Shown: piece by piece, positions 27,501 to 42,500 of the stretch | Position numbering within the stretch: position 1 is the stretch's first letter | Layout: each line of letters begins with the position of its first letter | Assembly (NCBI RefSeq): GCF_031769215.1 | Contig: NW_026782221.1 | Span: forward strand, 1,116,001-1,180,000 | Source of the DNA: Ylistrum balloti | Taxonomy: Eukaryota | DNA length: 64,000 nucleotides | Direction of reading: 5' to 3' | Program-made: the position numbers and the translations under genes | Notes under the pieces: model-generated | What the model was told of the DNA's origin: nothing | Seen by the model: only the letters and a program-made list of their open reading frames with translations | Databases searched by the model: none

Positions 27501-30500
27501 GAAGGGGTGATGGTCTAGTCACTGGGTGCCAGTCTGAGATACTTACGATCACACAAGTGCAAATATAATTGATTTACCACGGACAAAACACACCCAGACA
27601 TGCTATCATCCCATTATTGAAAATGAACCTTAAAATGTAGCAACAGGCCATGATATACAAAGATGTCAGTCTGCGTTTCATGCACAAAGGCTATCAAACC
27701 TGAGCAGACCAGCCAATCTTGGGTCAATGTGGGAAAGTGAGTTTGTGATGGCATTTAAATGAAGTACTTCAATTTTAAAACATGAAGGAAAAGTTAGCTG
27801 CCATATTAAAGCCATCACACGTCTTATTTTCAGTATATCAATATAAAGTTGGATGTATGTTATATAAGGACAACATCAGTATCAGCTAGTTTGCATCCTG
27901 TGAACATTAAAACTTTTTACCATAAAACTACCGACAAGGAAAAAATACTTTTGATATTGGAGTTTTGTGTCAGTCTTTGATCTACGGTTTATATTATATC
28001 AGAGAAACACCAAACTAATGAGAATATCTGTAGCGTGAAGATATTTCTTCATTGTAGGATGGAAATATAGGCCAACAAACAAGTTGGACCACCTTCAGTC
28101 TGAGAAAACTTCCAACATGATTGTAATTTATTATAAGTCAAGAGTTTATTAAGTTAATGTAACTTGGGTAGGATACATGATATCAAATTACTATCCAAGT
28201 TACATAGACACTCTCACACAGCTTTATTTTCTAGATCTACGTTTGATTTTGACATTTAACCTTTATACTCATTCAGCCATTAAAGGTCACTAAAGGTCAA
28301 TCTATGATGTATAGTTTGACAATTACATTACCAAATTTAGATAGACTGCCCTATTTGTATGTTATCCATTGATTATAAAGGAGGATAGGTTTGTTCTGAT
28401 AGTTGTGAGTGATCAATCCTCACGAGACGTGTATATCTAATTGTCTTTGTGAGAACACCATTCCTTGACCAAAGCAAGAGTCATTTTTACGAAAATTTCT
28501 TCCTGAATTGTCTCATATCGTGTTTTTCTACTTATGACTTTTTTTAGGAGTTCTTCATCTTTGCAGAAGATGAATTGCAGAAGGCAGGATTATCAGTCTT
28601 TAAATTTGTATGATGTGATTCAATTAAATCCATTCAAGATTAAATGTTGTAGTTGGAATGATCAATACAATGTACCGATATATTGGTTCCACAACAAGAA
28701 CTTTCTCAGGCATTCAGTTTCAAATTTCATCACTTCAAAGTATTTTATCTATCATTTGAAATACTGTTAAAAATCACTTATATTGAATAATTTTGTAATA
28801 CCACTGAAACACTGCTGAAGGACTCTGCACGGAATATTTGGCTTAATATCAGGTATTAGCTAAATAATGCAGAAAATCTGGAGTAATCTGTCATGACTGT
28901 AGAAAATGGAAAGCCGAGTTAGATCTCGCACCATGGCACAGATAGGAGGTGTATGATATGGGGTTGTTGATGCTGGTGATATGTAGGCAATGCCAATAGG
29001 GATTCCTGTGTAAACACCAAACAGTGTGGTTACCTGAAGGTGTGAGCCAACAGCCTGTTTGTGTGTCTCCAGACTCCTTAGTTACCTGTACATACTGATT
29101 AACGATAACACCTACAACTACACACTAAAGGTCAGACCTGTTATACATCTGTAGCATCATACTTCCTTATCCCACAAAACAATGTCACATGTCCACAATG
29201 ATAAACACGATCTTATCTATGTTACAATTCCTGGCCAATGCCGTCACAACCACCAAGACCAACATCAACTCCCCATCCCCTTAACCTCCAAAGGCACAGG
29301 GCATGTTCAAATCAATTCACTTTATTTAGACAAAACAAGCTTTAGCTGATTATTGTATCACTTCAGCCACATCTCACAAGTTAGCTTAGGATGTTTCCAG
29401 AGACTCACTATTCCTTCAAACTGCACCGTTTTCCCTGTGAATTGTAAGATGTAGAGTAAATTAACACTAAACATTTACTTCTATGTCATTTTTACCAGAG
29501 CTTTAATACTATACATTGTCCAGGTCATTTAACAAGGACTATTTTTATCAATCTGTCCTCCTTCGTGCCCCTAATTCTGTCTCACATCACCTGTTATAGG
29601 TAAATGTTTATAAAGCTTTGGTAAAACTTTGGGACACTCCCTACAAACCATGATAAGTTTCTAATCCAACAGCAGCTCCAGCCATCTTCTTATCATAAAC
29701 ACCTTCGATAATGAAATTCTGCAAAATCTCTGGTAAGACAGAACGCATTTCTTAACCAGTTTAAGACATTTTACTTAACACTTCGTCGGCCTTCAGCTAG
29801 AGTCTAGTGTTCCCAATGCTTTACACATCAAAATCCTTTCAGATAGCTAAGATCAAGTCTTTTTTTCAATTCCCTAACTTCCAAATATTTACATAAGAAT
29901 TCTTTAAAGTAATGTTGCTCACACCCTCCTCCATTTAAACATTTATATTACAACTGTTAATACTGTAAAAAGAAATGATATATAAGTATTATTTGAACAA
30001 GATATAAAAACAAAAGTTCTAATTTTCCTCATCTGACTGGTTTCTACTAATGTTCACATGGATGATCAGGCCATTCACAAACCCTTTCAAGGTGCCATCA
30101 CTCCATGTGATGACCTTGACACTCAATGGAAGTTGAACATCAATATAGACAATAGCAAGACCTTCAGGTTTGTATCATCTGGAGAAAGAACCTATAAGGA
30201 TGTTTAAATAAGGTAAAATAGATTTAATGACTGTCTTACCCTTTCTGTGTATCATAACATCTAGTTAAAAAGGATAAAACAGGCCTCCCTTAACATTAAT
30301 TAAACTTGTAATACATATTATTTTTTATCCATTTTCGATAAAATTGAAATCAGTACCTTTCCTTTTTAATGTCATCATGGTAAAAGAATCATCACCTTTG
30401 AAACCTTAGCAACACAGTAATTCTCATTTCCAAACCCAGCCAACAAAAAAACACATGGCTTTGATGCATTCTGCACTTCTACTACAAATAAGTCATTATC

Positions 30501-33500
30501 TTTACAAGGCTTGTGTTCTGATCAGGACTTTAAAATCTTTGCCCTTTCCATTGTAAAAGTTTCTGCTATCTCAATGAGAAAGGAAATAACAAATGGACTG
30601 CAGATGTAGTATTTCAGTAAAGTTTATAGGTAAGCTGAGATATAAAGCCAGTAGCTAGACCTTTTTATCAACTTCAACAATATGGTATTGTTATGCATGT
30701 CTCCAGCCTCAGATTGGAGGAAGTGCAGACATACACCGTCACACAGATAGAATACCACAATCTCCGACAGACATCAAACATTTCATGCAGCACTACATTT
30801 TCAGAAAAACAATTTATCGAAGGAGAAATTATATTCACATATCTGTAGATTCTTTGTCATACCTATCTAATTTGTGAGCTCATTTAGTTTCTTTTCAGCT
30901 CATCATTTTCAGCATTTAAGCATAAATTCCATCAAAAGAACAGGTTTGGACAGTATCACAAGATAACAAGTTCTGTAAACCACATACAAATTACCTGTGT
31001 GATGCTACACACATGAACAAAAGATATCTCTGTAATAACAGCTAGATTTACCACGTTTGTTCTCGGATCCTTTTCTACTCGTGTAGTGGAAATGATTTTA
31101 ATTCTGGGTAGCAGACAGACATTTACGTCTGTGAAATTATGTAGTGTTACATATAACTGTGATCTCCCACCCACCAAGGCAATCCTTACATCCCACAATT
31201 TTCATAACAGACTCTTCCATCTTACAACATGGATCAATTTATTGTGAAAAAGGGAGACAGAGGGAGAGAAATAATTTGGTGTAACTTCACAGAAATTGAA
31301 TCAAATACAACAGGAATGCAGCTAGTATTATATAAACTTATTAGATTATCATCAAGCAGACTAACCTGATTGTTTGACTTCCTATCTAGTTTTAAAGGCG
31401 TTTACATTTCCTGCAAGTCATCTGATAAAATACAGTAAAATCATTTCCTCTGAAATAAAAAAAGTCTGTATTCTTGGAAGCCTTCTCTGTATGAAGGTTT
31501 GACAGCATAAAGAGTGTCATCATGCCTGTGTTTATTGAAGACAAAAACCCTCTTCGGTTCTGATCTAGTACATTGGATATAATTACAGGATTTGTCTTCA
31601 AGAATATGAAGACACCATACAACAGCAGATTTCAGCATAGCTTTACCATCCAGCCAAAGTTGTTCATAACCCAGGCTACAAAAGGAACAAATTTTGTTTT
31701 CCTTGTCCAATACCGGTTCCATTCTAAACAGGATGTTAAAGTACACATGAATATGATTGTCAAAAGTAATTCTTGATACTTGTTTATGTTTTATTTTCAC
31801 AGTATTTGACAAGAAAACACTAAATGTTCTAGATGTACTTCATTTACAAGGAACAGCTGAAAAGTGTTTTATTTATAGCGGACTCTTATCAAAGCCTCAG
31901 CTTTCTTTTATTGAAAACATTTTTTGAATATCCTGATAAAAGCGCTACAAAAACAAAATGAAAGTATCCCACAATTAACACTCGACATTCATGGATGCTT
32001 TTTCTTCCTGTGATGTCAAAGTATAATTAACTTAATGATGAGATGTACAGCGTGTTTTCTTAAAATATCCAGGATTGAGAAACCAGTGATGTATAAAGTT
32101 GAGGAAGATATCAGCATGAATTAGCAATGATCTGAGGATCTGTCTGTTGTAGCCAAGGTTTCTTAACTCTAACTGGTCTTAAGGTCTGTCTGTTGTAGCC
32201 AAGGTTTCTTAACTCTAACTGGTCTTAAGGTCTGTCTGTTGTAGCCAAGGTTCCTTAACTATAACTGGCCTTAAGGTCTGTCTGTTGTAGCCAAGGTTTC
32301 TTAACTATAACTGGTCTTAAGGTCTGTCTGTTGTAGCCAAGGTTTCTTAACTCTAACTGGTCTTAAGGTCTGTCTGTTGTAGCCAAGGTTTCTTAACTCT
32401 AACTGGTCTTAAGGTCTGTCTGTTGTAGCCAAGGCTTCTTAACTATAACTGGTCTTAAGGTCTGTCTGTTGTAGCCAAGGCTTCTTAACTCTAACTGGTC
32501 TTAAGGTCTGTCTGTTGTAGCCAAGGTTTCTTAACTATATCTGGTCTTAAGGTCTGTCTGTTGTAGCCAAGGCCTCTTAACTCTAACTGGTCTTAAGGTC
32601 TGTCTGTTGTAGCCAAGGCCTCTTAACTCTAACTGGTCTTAAGGTCTGTCTGTTGTAGCCAAGGTTTCTTAACTCTAACTGGTCTTAAGGTCTGTCTGTT
32701 GTAGCCAAGGTTTCTTAACTCTAACTGGTCTTAAGGTCTGTCTGTTGTAGCCAAGGCTTCTTAACTATAACTGGTCTTAAGGTCTGTCTGTTGTAGCCAA
32801 GGCTTCTTAACTCTAACTGGTCTTAAGGTCTGTCTGTTGTAGCCAAGGTTTCTTAACTATATCTGGTCTTAAGGTCTGTCTGTTGTAGCCAAGGCCTCTT
32901 AACTCTAACTGGTCTTAAGGTCTGTCTGTTGTAGCCAAGGTTTCTTAACTCTAACTGGTCTTAAGGTCTGTCTGTTGTAGCCAAGGTTTCTTAACTCTAA
33001 CTGGTCTTAAGGTCTGTCTGTTGTAGCCAAGGATTCTTTACTAAAACTGGCCTTAAAATCTTTCCATTGTAGCCAAGGATTCCTAATTAAAACTGGCCTT
33101 AAGACCTTTCTGTTGTATCAAAGTGTCTTCACAAACAATGATGTTATGGTCAACCTGTTATAGCCAAAGTGTTATACTAACAATTGTCTTAGTAAGGTCT
33201 ATCAGTTGTTGTAGCCAAGATATGTTAACTAACATAAGATGTACCTGTGTAGCCAAAGTATTTAACTAAAAAATAGTCTTTCGGTCAATTTGTTGTTTTA
33301 GCCAAGGTGTCTTCACTTACAAAGCCTTTGATGTCAACCTGACTTGAAGCCAAGCTGTCTTCATTCATAATAGCCATGGAGGTCAACCCGACTTGAAGCC
33401 AAGCTGTCTTCATTCACAATAGCCATGGAGGTCAACCCGACTTGAAGCCAAGCTGTCTTCATTCACAATAGCCATGGAGGTCGACCCGACTTGAAGACAA

Positions 33501-36500
33501 GCTGTCTTCATTCACAATAGCCATGGAGGTCGACCCGACTTGAAGCCAAGCTGTCTTCATTCACAATAGCCATGGAGGTCGACCCGACTTGAAGCCAAGC
33601 TGTCTTCATTCACAATAGCCATGGAGGTCGACCCGACTTGAAGCCAAGCTGTCTTCATTCACAATAGCCATGGAGGTCGACCCGACTTGAAGCCAAGCTG
33701 TCTTCATTCACAATAGCCATGGAGGTCGACCCGACTTGAAGCCAAGCTGTCTTCATTCACAATAGCCATGGAGGTCGACCCGACTTGAAGCCAAGCTGTC
33801 TTCATTCACAATAGCCATGGAGGTCGACCCGACTTGAAGCCAAGCTGTCTTCATTCACAATAGCCATGGAGGTCAACCTGACTTGAAGCCAAGCTGTCTT
33901 CATTCACAATAGCCATGGAGGTCAACCTGACTTGAAGTCAAGGTTCTTCACTAACAATGGATTTTATTCACCTGTCTAGCAAAGATCTCTGTACCTGACA
34001 AAGATATTTGCATTTACGATGTAATAATTAGGGTTAAACAAATGATTAGCAATGCATTATAAATTTTCTGGGACTCTCTATGAATGTGTACAACAACGCC
34101 TGGCAGCAGTGGTATACTATACTGATATATACCACCTATGTACAAACAGCTGTATCTATTCCTGAAATTGATCAATTACTAAATTAAGCAATATCTGATG
34201 ACCTTCTGCTCCTGGCTATACCCAATTAATTAGAGGCGGTCCCTTGATAGGTAAAGGGGTGATCTTTCCACCTCGCTCATCAATATCAGTAGCTGCACCT
34301 AGTACAGCAGAAACATGAGAAAATGCCAAGAACGTATGCTTAGACTGCAAATAAATTATAAATGAGTATAAGATAAAACATGGCTTTATCAAGGAATTTT
34401 CTAGTTATAATTAACCAGAGAAGGTTACAGATTTCCAACCAACAAAAGTAATCATGAAAACTCAACTTAATTATCGTTTCATTATTGTTATAAAACAGAT
34501 GAAATTTATCTAAGATTATGTCTATATATTTTGACAAAATCCTTTACCAAATTAAGTTATGTTGATTGTGTGTGTTGTATCTTGCCAAATTTAAAGAAGT
34601 AGTAAAATACCAACAACATGAAAAATGATGGTTCCTTCTTTCACAATTTTCATGTTTCTGAGCACACTTTGATCTGTGATGCATATTTGACAATTTTACA
34701 TCCCATGAAACAAGCCTTATGTAAAATGACACCAAGATCTATAAGTGTACTTTGCTTGCACAACTTTATGTCCAAATAATGACACATAAATATACAATTA
34801 TAAAGTCTTTAAACAGTCAATACCAGTGCTTGAGATACAAGACCCCTCCCATCAGATCAAAGGTTAGTGAATCTGTATAGCCTGACCCCACACTATCAGA
34901 TACACCCAAGCAGCAGACATTGAAAGATGACAAAGTACTTTTGCTTTCTCAACATGCGTTATGTCTATCCAGTTCAGAGAGGCAAAGAGTTTGAAGAAAA
35001 CACAACATTAATTCTTCATTGAGAAACTTGATATAATTGTTAATTCTGCTAACATTTCCTTCATGAAAGTTCAAAAAGTGCAGATCTTAAGACAGTTAAA
35101 TGAAAGTGCAGATCAACCTAGCAAAGCTGGGCATGTGCAAGTCTTATGAGAGTTAGACAGGAAGTAATGACCATCAAATTTAGGTATGTACAGGCTGGTT
35201 TTATCAAAGTTAAGACACTGACAGGTGACCTTACCAAGTTAGACATGTACAGGCTGATTTTATCAAAGTTAAAACACTGATAGGTGTCCTACTGAAGTTA
35301 GACATGTGACCTGGTAACCAAGTTAGACATGTACAGGCTGATTTTATCAAAGTTAAAACACTGATAGGTGTCCTACTGAAGTTAGACATGAGGGGCTAGT
35401 CTTACCGAAGTAAGACAGACACTGGTAACCAACCGAAGTTAGACATGTACAGGCTGGTTTTATCAGAGTTAAAACACTGATAGGTGTCCTACTGAAGTTA
35501 GACATGAGGGGCTAGTCTTACCGAAGTAAGACAGACACTGGTAACCAACCGAAGTTAGACATGAGGGGCTGTTCCTAAATACATTATAAGATGTCTTGAT
35601 AAAGCCTTGCATTTCAACTTTCGTTTAAAACCTTCTCATAGCAGAAAATAGACAGAAACGTGTATCTAATGTACACAAGCATGGGAGCTGGCATGTTCTC
35701 AGAAAAAAAAACAGAGGGCAGATGTTTCACTACAATAAATTCATGAACAGATTTTGATAGCATCCTTAACTTTCATTTAGTGAGAAACAGAAACACGTTT
35801 GGTTCCATCAATCTTGTACACTGGTGATAAAGGGAGTGTTCAATACATGATCTAATGCTATCAGAATATTACATAATCCTTCCCTCACACCATTATCAAG
35901 CATACGACACAGTGTCTTTACCAACTAGGGCCTTTGTTAAAATGCTGACCTTGAGTAGAGCTCATTTTTCATCACCTGACATGTGCACACGACCTGCAGT
36001 TGTGCAGTGACAATAAAATTAACTTAACATCTCTAGAGGGAGGGTGGAGTATACTTCACATGAAGGGACTTACAAAAGACTGGCAACTGTTTCATATATA
36101 CTAGATGATGTGAAATTTTATTATAATGCAGCCATGAGGCATTTTACTCTGCAGTTGTTTGTGACTGTAGTCCATCTATCCATGTGACAGACTGCAAACA
36201 TCACATGAAACTGAGTGCAATGAACCAGGTCTTATCTCTTATCATGTGGTTACAAGGAATGACACCCCTTCCAGCGCCTTTCTTACTTTCCCTGGCAGGG
36301 TTTGTCTGGAAGGACATCAGATATGTTTCCCCTACACAAAGATCTAACACAGAGGGTCTGTGTTACTCTCACCTTCTGACATGCCACTTTCACACCAGTG
36401 CACAAGTTTTTGAAAGAAACATGTCTGTGATATCTTTGGAACATTATCATCAGGTCTGTGTCTGCATGACAAGTAGCAATGGTAGTAGATAACAAAACAA

Positions 36501-39500
36501 AATGGATAAACTAACAATAAGACAGATTTCAGGAATAAATTACATCCTGAACATATTCTTTATGACTGTATAAAGACAGGAACTTGCAGACAAGTGATAA
36601 CTTTCACCAAGACCTACTAACATACAAAAGAAATGTGAGAATTTACAGAAGCTTACCCTGTGCAAGGCTTCTGGTGTGAATTGGGTTACAAATAAGTCTG
36701 GACTATGAATAGGTATATATCTTAGATCTGACTGTCACAAACATACCATTTTCTGGTTGAGATCTGTAGACAGTGATCTTGAAGAAAGACATATAATTCA
36801 ATAGTCATTCATCAGCCAGAAGAATTCAGGCATACCAGCTGAGTGCAGCATCTGATTCAGTACAACACTATATAGTCTGTAAAACATTGTAAAATTACAT
36901 CAGTAGCTGTATCATATGTAATCTTTTGGTACTTAGACAAGGATCAACATAAATTCCTCAACAATGTGAAACAGATGAAGAATTTATATCTATCGAAAAT
37001 CTTATAAACTGATACCCCTGGAATGTAAATATGAAACGACAATGCATTCTATGTAAAACCTACTACATCAGCTGTAAGCTTAAGGACAATCCATTGTCAC
37101 ATTGGCAAACAGGAAATAGAACAAAAGAAACCATGGTAACTATATTTGACATACTCTAAACGTTTTCATACTGGCAAAGTCACAGAGACTGTACAACAAA
37201 TTGTTAATGTTGAAAATTTATCTTGTGACATTTCCTGTCAAAGCTTACCTACCAATGCTTTTTATACAAACATCTTATTTCTGTCTATCTATATATCAAA
37301 AAAGGTTACTTGTTAACAATGGTATGAAATATGTACACACAAGTAGAGACTGCCAGGATGGAGAAATTGTGTACAGTTTCCTGTCTATGGATTCTGTCTG
37401 GGGACTACAATTGAAAATACTGTCATCTCCTGTCTCTAGATCCTGTCTGAGAATTGTTACATTGAAAACATCATCTCTTTGACTGAGAAACAGAATAGAG
37501 ATGCCCAAGTATGTTGTTGGTGTGGACAGCCAAAGTATTGAGATTTCCAGGGGTAGACACCACAACAATTGCCCTATCCTATTACATAACACTATGTAGA
37601 CTTCTCTCATACTACATACTGACACTGTCCCATCACTTCCACAGCAACATCTTGACACTTTCATGTCAGTCTAAAATTTCTACTTAACCTGATTGAATGT
37701 CAACAGTTTTGTCTGTTTCACTCATTCTTCTACAGAATTACAATTGATCTACTTACTGAAGAAGTGGTTGTGTAAAAACAATGTCATTTCTCAAGAAAAC
37801 TGTCTGCAGTTTTGTAGGTAACTTGAGAATATTCAGATCTACCCATTATAGTTACAAATGTTACTTGTAAATCCACTACGGCAGAACACATGATGCCATT
37901 GTTACAATCTGATATCCAAAGTAGTTTACTCACATACAAATATAAAATGTGATCAAGGGCTATAACTAGGATACCACACCATTTTTTAATAAACTACACT
38001 GTAATATCTCAGGAGAAAGAAAGGACCACAACTCTGTATAAGGTAGGATATGACATCCATGTTTTATACGACCACAACTCTGTATAAGGTAGGATATGAC
38101 ATCCATGTTTTATACGACCACAACTCTGTATAAGGTAGGATATGACATCCATGTTTTATACGACCACAACTCTGTATAAGTTAGGATATGACATCCATGT
38201 TTTATACGACCACAACTCTGTATAAGGTAGGATATGACATCCATGTTTAATACGACCACAACTCTGTATAAGGTAGGATATGACATCCATGTTTTATACG
38301 ACCACAACTCTGTATAAGGTAACATATGACGTCCATGTTTTATATGACCACAACTCTGTATAAGTTAGGATATGACGTCCATGTTTTATATGACCACAAC
38401 TCTGTATAAGGTAGGATATAACATCCATATCTTATACATCACATTATGCTGTCCTAAGAGTGCCTAGATATGACTATGAAAATATGGTGCAAAGTCAACA
38501 TTCATTCCAGAAAGCTTTTGATTCTACGCCCATTAATCTCATTAGATGGGCTAAGTTTTGTAGAAGTCTGATAAATCCCAAGACAAGTATCAAGCACTCT
38601 AGACATTACAAGAAACATATATATAAAGTGAAGTTGGGTGTAGTTTAGGAGGGGGGTGATTTGTACGATCCCCATCAGACTGTAGATAACAGAAGTGTTG
38701 ACAAGCCTATCCCCTTGACTGACTAATGTCTGTAATCACTGAGCCTTTCCGCCACCATCATCTTAACTCTGATACAGCAGCTATTTGGGTGGTGACATAT
38801 CTTGACCATAACATCTGGTAGCAGATTACTGGCTGCATGAATTTCAAAGAATGTGCATACTTCCTGGAAATACACATTTTTGAAATAAAAAACCTGTCTT
38901 ATATTTTGCTTTCTTTTCAATGTGAATTAATAAAACTCTTACCAACATTGTTACTGTGGGATGAAATGTTTGTTAGACATAACAATGTCTACATGTAAAC
39001 AGTAAATGTTTCAAAAATCCTATCAAATAAACAGAATGCTTCATGAATGCCGGACACGTCAGGAACGAGCCTTGTCAAAAAATGTCTAGAAATTTTTCAA
39101 AATACCAACGTCCCATAGAACTAAGCATTAAAGAAATGACTTAGGTATTTCTAAGCTACCATTACAGGGGTTTCCCCCTCAGTCTAACTCGTAAAGCATT
39201 CCTTAACATATGGACAGTTACAGCCCCATCACAAATTGAGTGTGACTTACTGAAGGCCAATGATAATGGAAGCGCATTGAAATGATAATAACCAATGATG
39301 ATCCTCTGCAACATAACTGTCTACCTCCGACAGTTATAGACCTTAACTGAGGTCAACACAAGGCTGTACAACCACCAGAGGGCTCGGGCTGTATAATGAT
39401 GTTAATTATCTCACAGAGGGACACTGCAGGCTTTTTTTCCCAAATAATCCCTATCTATAAACTTGTAATCACTGGCAACTTACTTTTTTTAACCTTATAA

Positions 39501-42500
39501 CAATTTTACTAACCTTACTTGATAACAGAAACATTTATTAAAATTGTTGCTGCTGTTGTCTAAAGCCTATCTTGTAAGTCCTCATCAAGGAATAACACAG
39601 TCGTTAACTGGTTATATCACTGGCAACAAATCATGATAAAGAGCTAATTCACTGAGATATATGAAGTTCTCTGTATCAATATTTCATCGAGTGAATATCA
39701 TCCAATCAACATGCTTTTACTGTCTCGTTTACTGACCAATCATAGCCTTTATACATAAAGACAAATATTACACCATATGGTTGAGGTTCACAGATATTTG
39801 TCTTGTGTGTTTGTTGATTTAATCAACCCATGAACACTCAGAGTCATTTGGTGGCAGGATTTTGCTGGAGTAGCTGGTGGCTACCTTACTGAACAACATA
39901 TGGAAGGGGAGGCAGATCACATGTCATCCACAGCAATCAGGGTGTCTTGCCAACAATGACAACACAGACCAATCCATTTCTAAGCTTCTTTGAAGCACAA
40001 ACTGCCATGACAGAGTCAAGCCACATACCCTCTCACCTGAGGTATACCAAGGTGTACAAACACCTGCTCTAACTAGCTAAGCTTTCAGATGCTGGACAGA
40101 CCATATAGATCATATATACATCTGAGCTCCTGACAGCAAGAGGGGAAAAGTTTTTATGACAAGCTTAAGTGGCCAGATAGTTGAGATAAACAGAAAGGCA
40201 AACATGGAACATCTGCTGCTAAAATCACACACTCTTGACCGGTGAAATACCAAAATTACACCAAGGAAATCCAAGGAAGAATTTAATCTGGACCAGTGAC
40301 AACTGACCAAAGGTCAAGTAAACCAAGAAGCTCAATTATGCATATGCCAATAAAACAGATACTGTCCAGCAGCCTGAGGGATGTTCAGATGACAGAACAT
40401 CAACAAAACATGATACTGTCCATGAAAGGAAGCTCTCTGGCAAACACTCAAAAATTAGCTCAACTCCACTACGCTATTGTGGGTAGTATCATTACAGATG
40501 TCACAGAGTAAACACCTACAAAATCAGGTAAAATCTAGCATTGCTGTTAAATCATGGAGTCAAGAATTAATGTCAGTCTTTATAAATTAAAAGTGATCAG
40601 CTAAAATTCCAGTAGAATTCCTTAAACAGGATTACAACTAGGAATGTGAAGGTGATGCTCACTGAGACAATAAACATGTTTGTGTAATCACTAACTTTCC
40701 ATAGATATTACTATAACATAACACATAGACAAGACTGAAATAGCATTTATTGAAACGTTTGTTATAAAAAATCCAAATAGCAGCGTTTTTATGGAACAGT
40801 CTACTCACACAAAACAATATTGATATCATGTCAGTCAGAATATAATTCATCACAGACTTTCTCGAACCTTAAATTCCAACACATAGTTGTCACCTCTGAC
40901 ATTCTGATAAGTTTGATAAAGGTTGTCTGAAGGTCAATGGTTTTATTGACATGTATAAAGCAAATATTGAGGTAAGCAACAAAGTTCGTAGCATGTCACT
41001 GACCTCTGTTTGTAGCTGGAACAATGGATAGGTGGAAAATCACTTAAAGCATTTAAACCATTTTTGCTGCCTGTGAACTTCCTGCCTATGTATGATAGAT
41101 TACTAGAAACATTTGTATCAAAATTTACCAGAGATTAAGAACAATACATCCTTCATTTCACTCAAATAAAATATCTTTTCTAAAATTACTGAATCATAAA
41201 ATAGTAATTAATATCCCCTATCCTTTATAAATGAAACAAATTATCTCTCCTGTATGGCTGTTTTCAAATACAATGACACAATTATCAACAGATTATGCTG
41301 CATTTTAATGGTCAACAAGGGACATTGACTATCACAAATAAATCCAGAAAGTTATGTTCAACAATAGTGGCTCCATCTAAACTAGTAAATTCTGTATTAA
41401 GAAGTTAATGTAAAACCAACGGGGACACGAAGTAACATTTTCTCAGTGATTCACATGGTTAAACATTGTAGTCTGTACCTGCATTAATCTGGTATAAACT
41501 TCTACTAGAACACTGTTTCCTTAAGATACACGTCTATCAACACATGTTTTGTCCAAATATATTGATCAAAGGCATAACAAAGCCATAATATCAGAGTTTT
41601 TCTCTCTATAGTTAAACCATATTCACCCTGCTCTTTATCAATAGCATATTCACCCTGCTCTTTATCAACACCATATTCTCTCTGCTCTGTATCAATACCA
41701 TATTCACCCTGCACTTTATCAATACCATATTCTCTCTGCTCTTTATCAATACCATATTCACCCTGCACTTTATCAACACCATATTCTCTCTGCTCTTTAT
41801 CAATAGCATATTCACCCTGCACTTTATCAATACCATATTCTCTCTGCTCTTTATCAATACCATATTCTCTCTGCTCTTTATCAATACCATATTCTCTCTG
41901 CTCTTTATCAATAGCATATTCACCCTGCTCTTTATCAACACCATATTCTCTCTGCTCTGTATCAATACCATATTCACCCTGCACTTTATCAATACCATAT
42001 TCTCTCTGCTCTTTATCAACACCATATTCTCTCTGCTCTTTATCAACACCATATTTACTCATCAGATCTGCTCTGTTCTTTACCATTACTGTACCATTAC
42101 TGCAGTATAGCCTATATATAATCAGGTTGTGTCATTTTGTAGGCAGATATCCTCACCTCCATCCCTCTATGCATTCATAAGTGATAACATGTGTGCTGAG
42201 TGCATGTCTGGGACACACTCAATGAGTCCTCCAGATCACATGACAGGCATTGTTACTGTATTACCCATAACACTAATAGCTAATTAACATTTTTCCTTCG
42301 AAAATTCCTCTCCACTGTATATGATGTTTTTTGAGGACATGTAGAAAGAGACATGTAATATATTAATACAGATGGTCATCAAAATAGCTTACACACTTAC
42401 CTAACATTCATTATACTTCTAAAGACATTTGTCAAAAAATTGCATATGTCTCACTTTTTTTATAAAAATAATGTTGGTATCTGGAGCATCTTCCAAATTT

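Noticed and set aside
29640-29800. Minus-strand peptide MRSVLPEILQNFIIEGVYDKKMAGAAVG, possibly a transposon remnant
   Set aside because: It is interrupted by stops and I do not recognise the family. A tblastx search would be needed.
31441-31812. 123-aa ORF with CSFC resembling a LINE zinc knuckle
   Set aside because: The remaining ligands and flanking RT motifs are absent, so it is not supportable.
36657-36876. 220-nt pseudo-exon in intron 1 with good acceptor and donor (ttttacag| ... cagg|gtaagc)
   Set aside because: It gives an immediate stop in the semaphorin frame, has no homology, and such pairs are expected by chance. It could only be a poison exon if RNA data support it.
37296-37664. 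122-aa ORF and overlapping 93-aa ORF
   Set aside because: No recognisable domain or splice-phase fit to the semaphorin.
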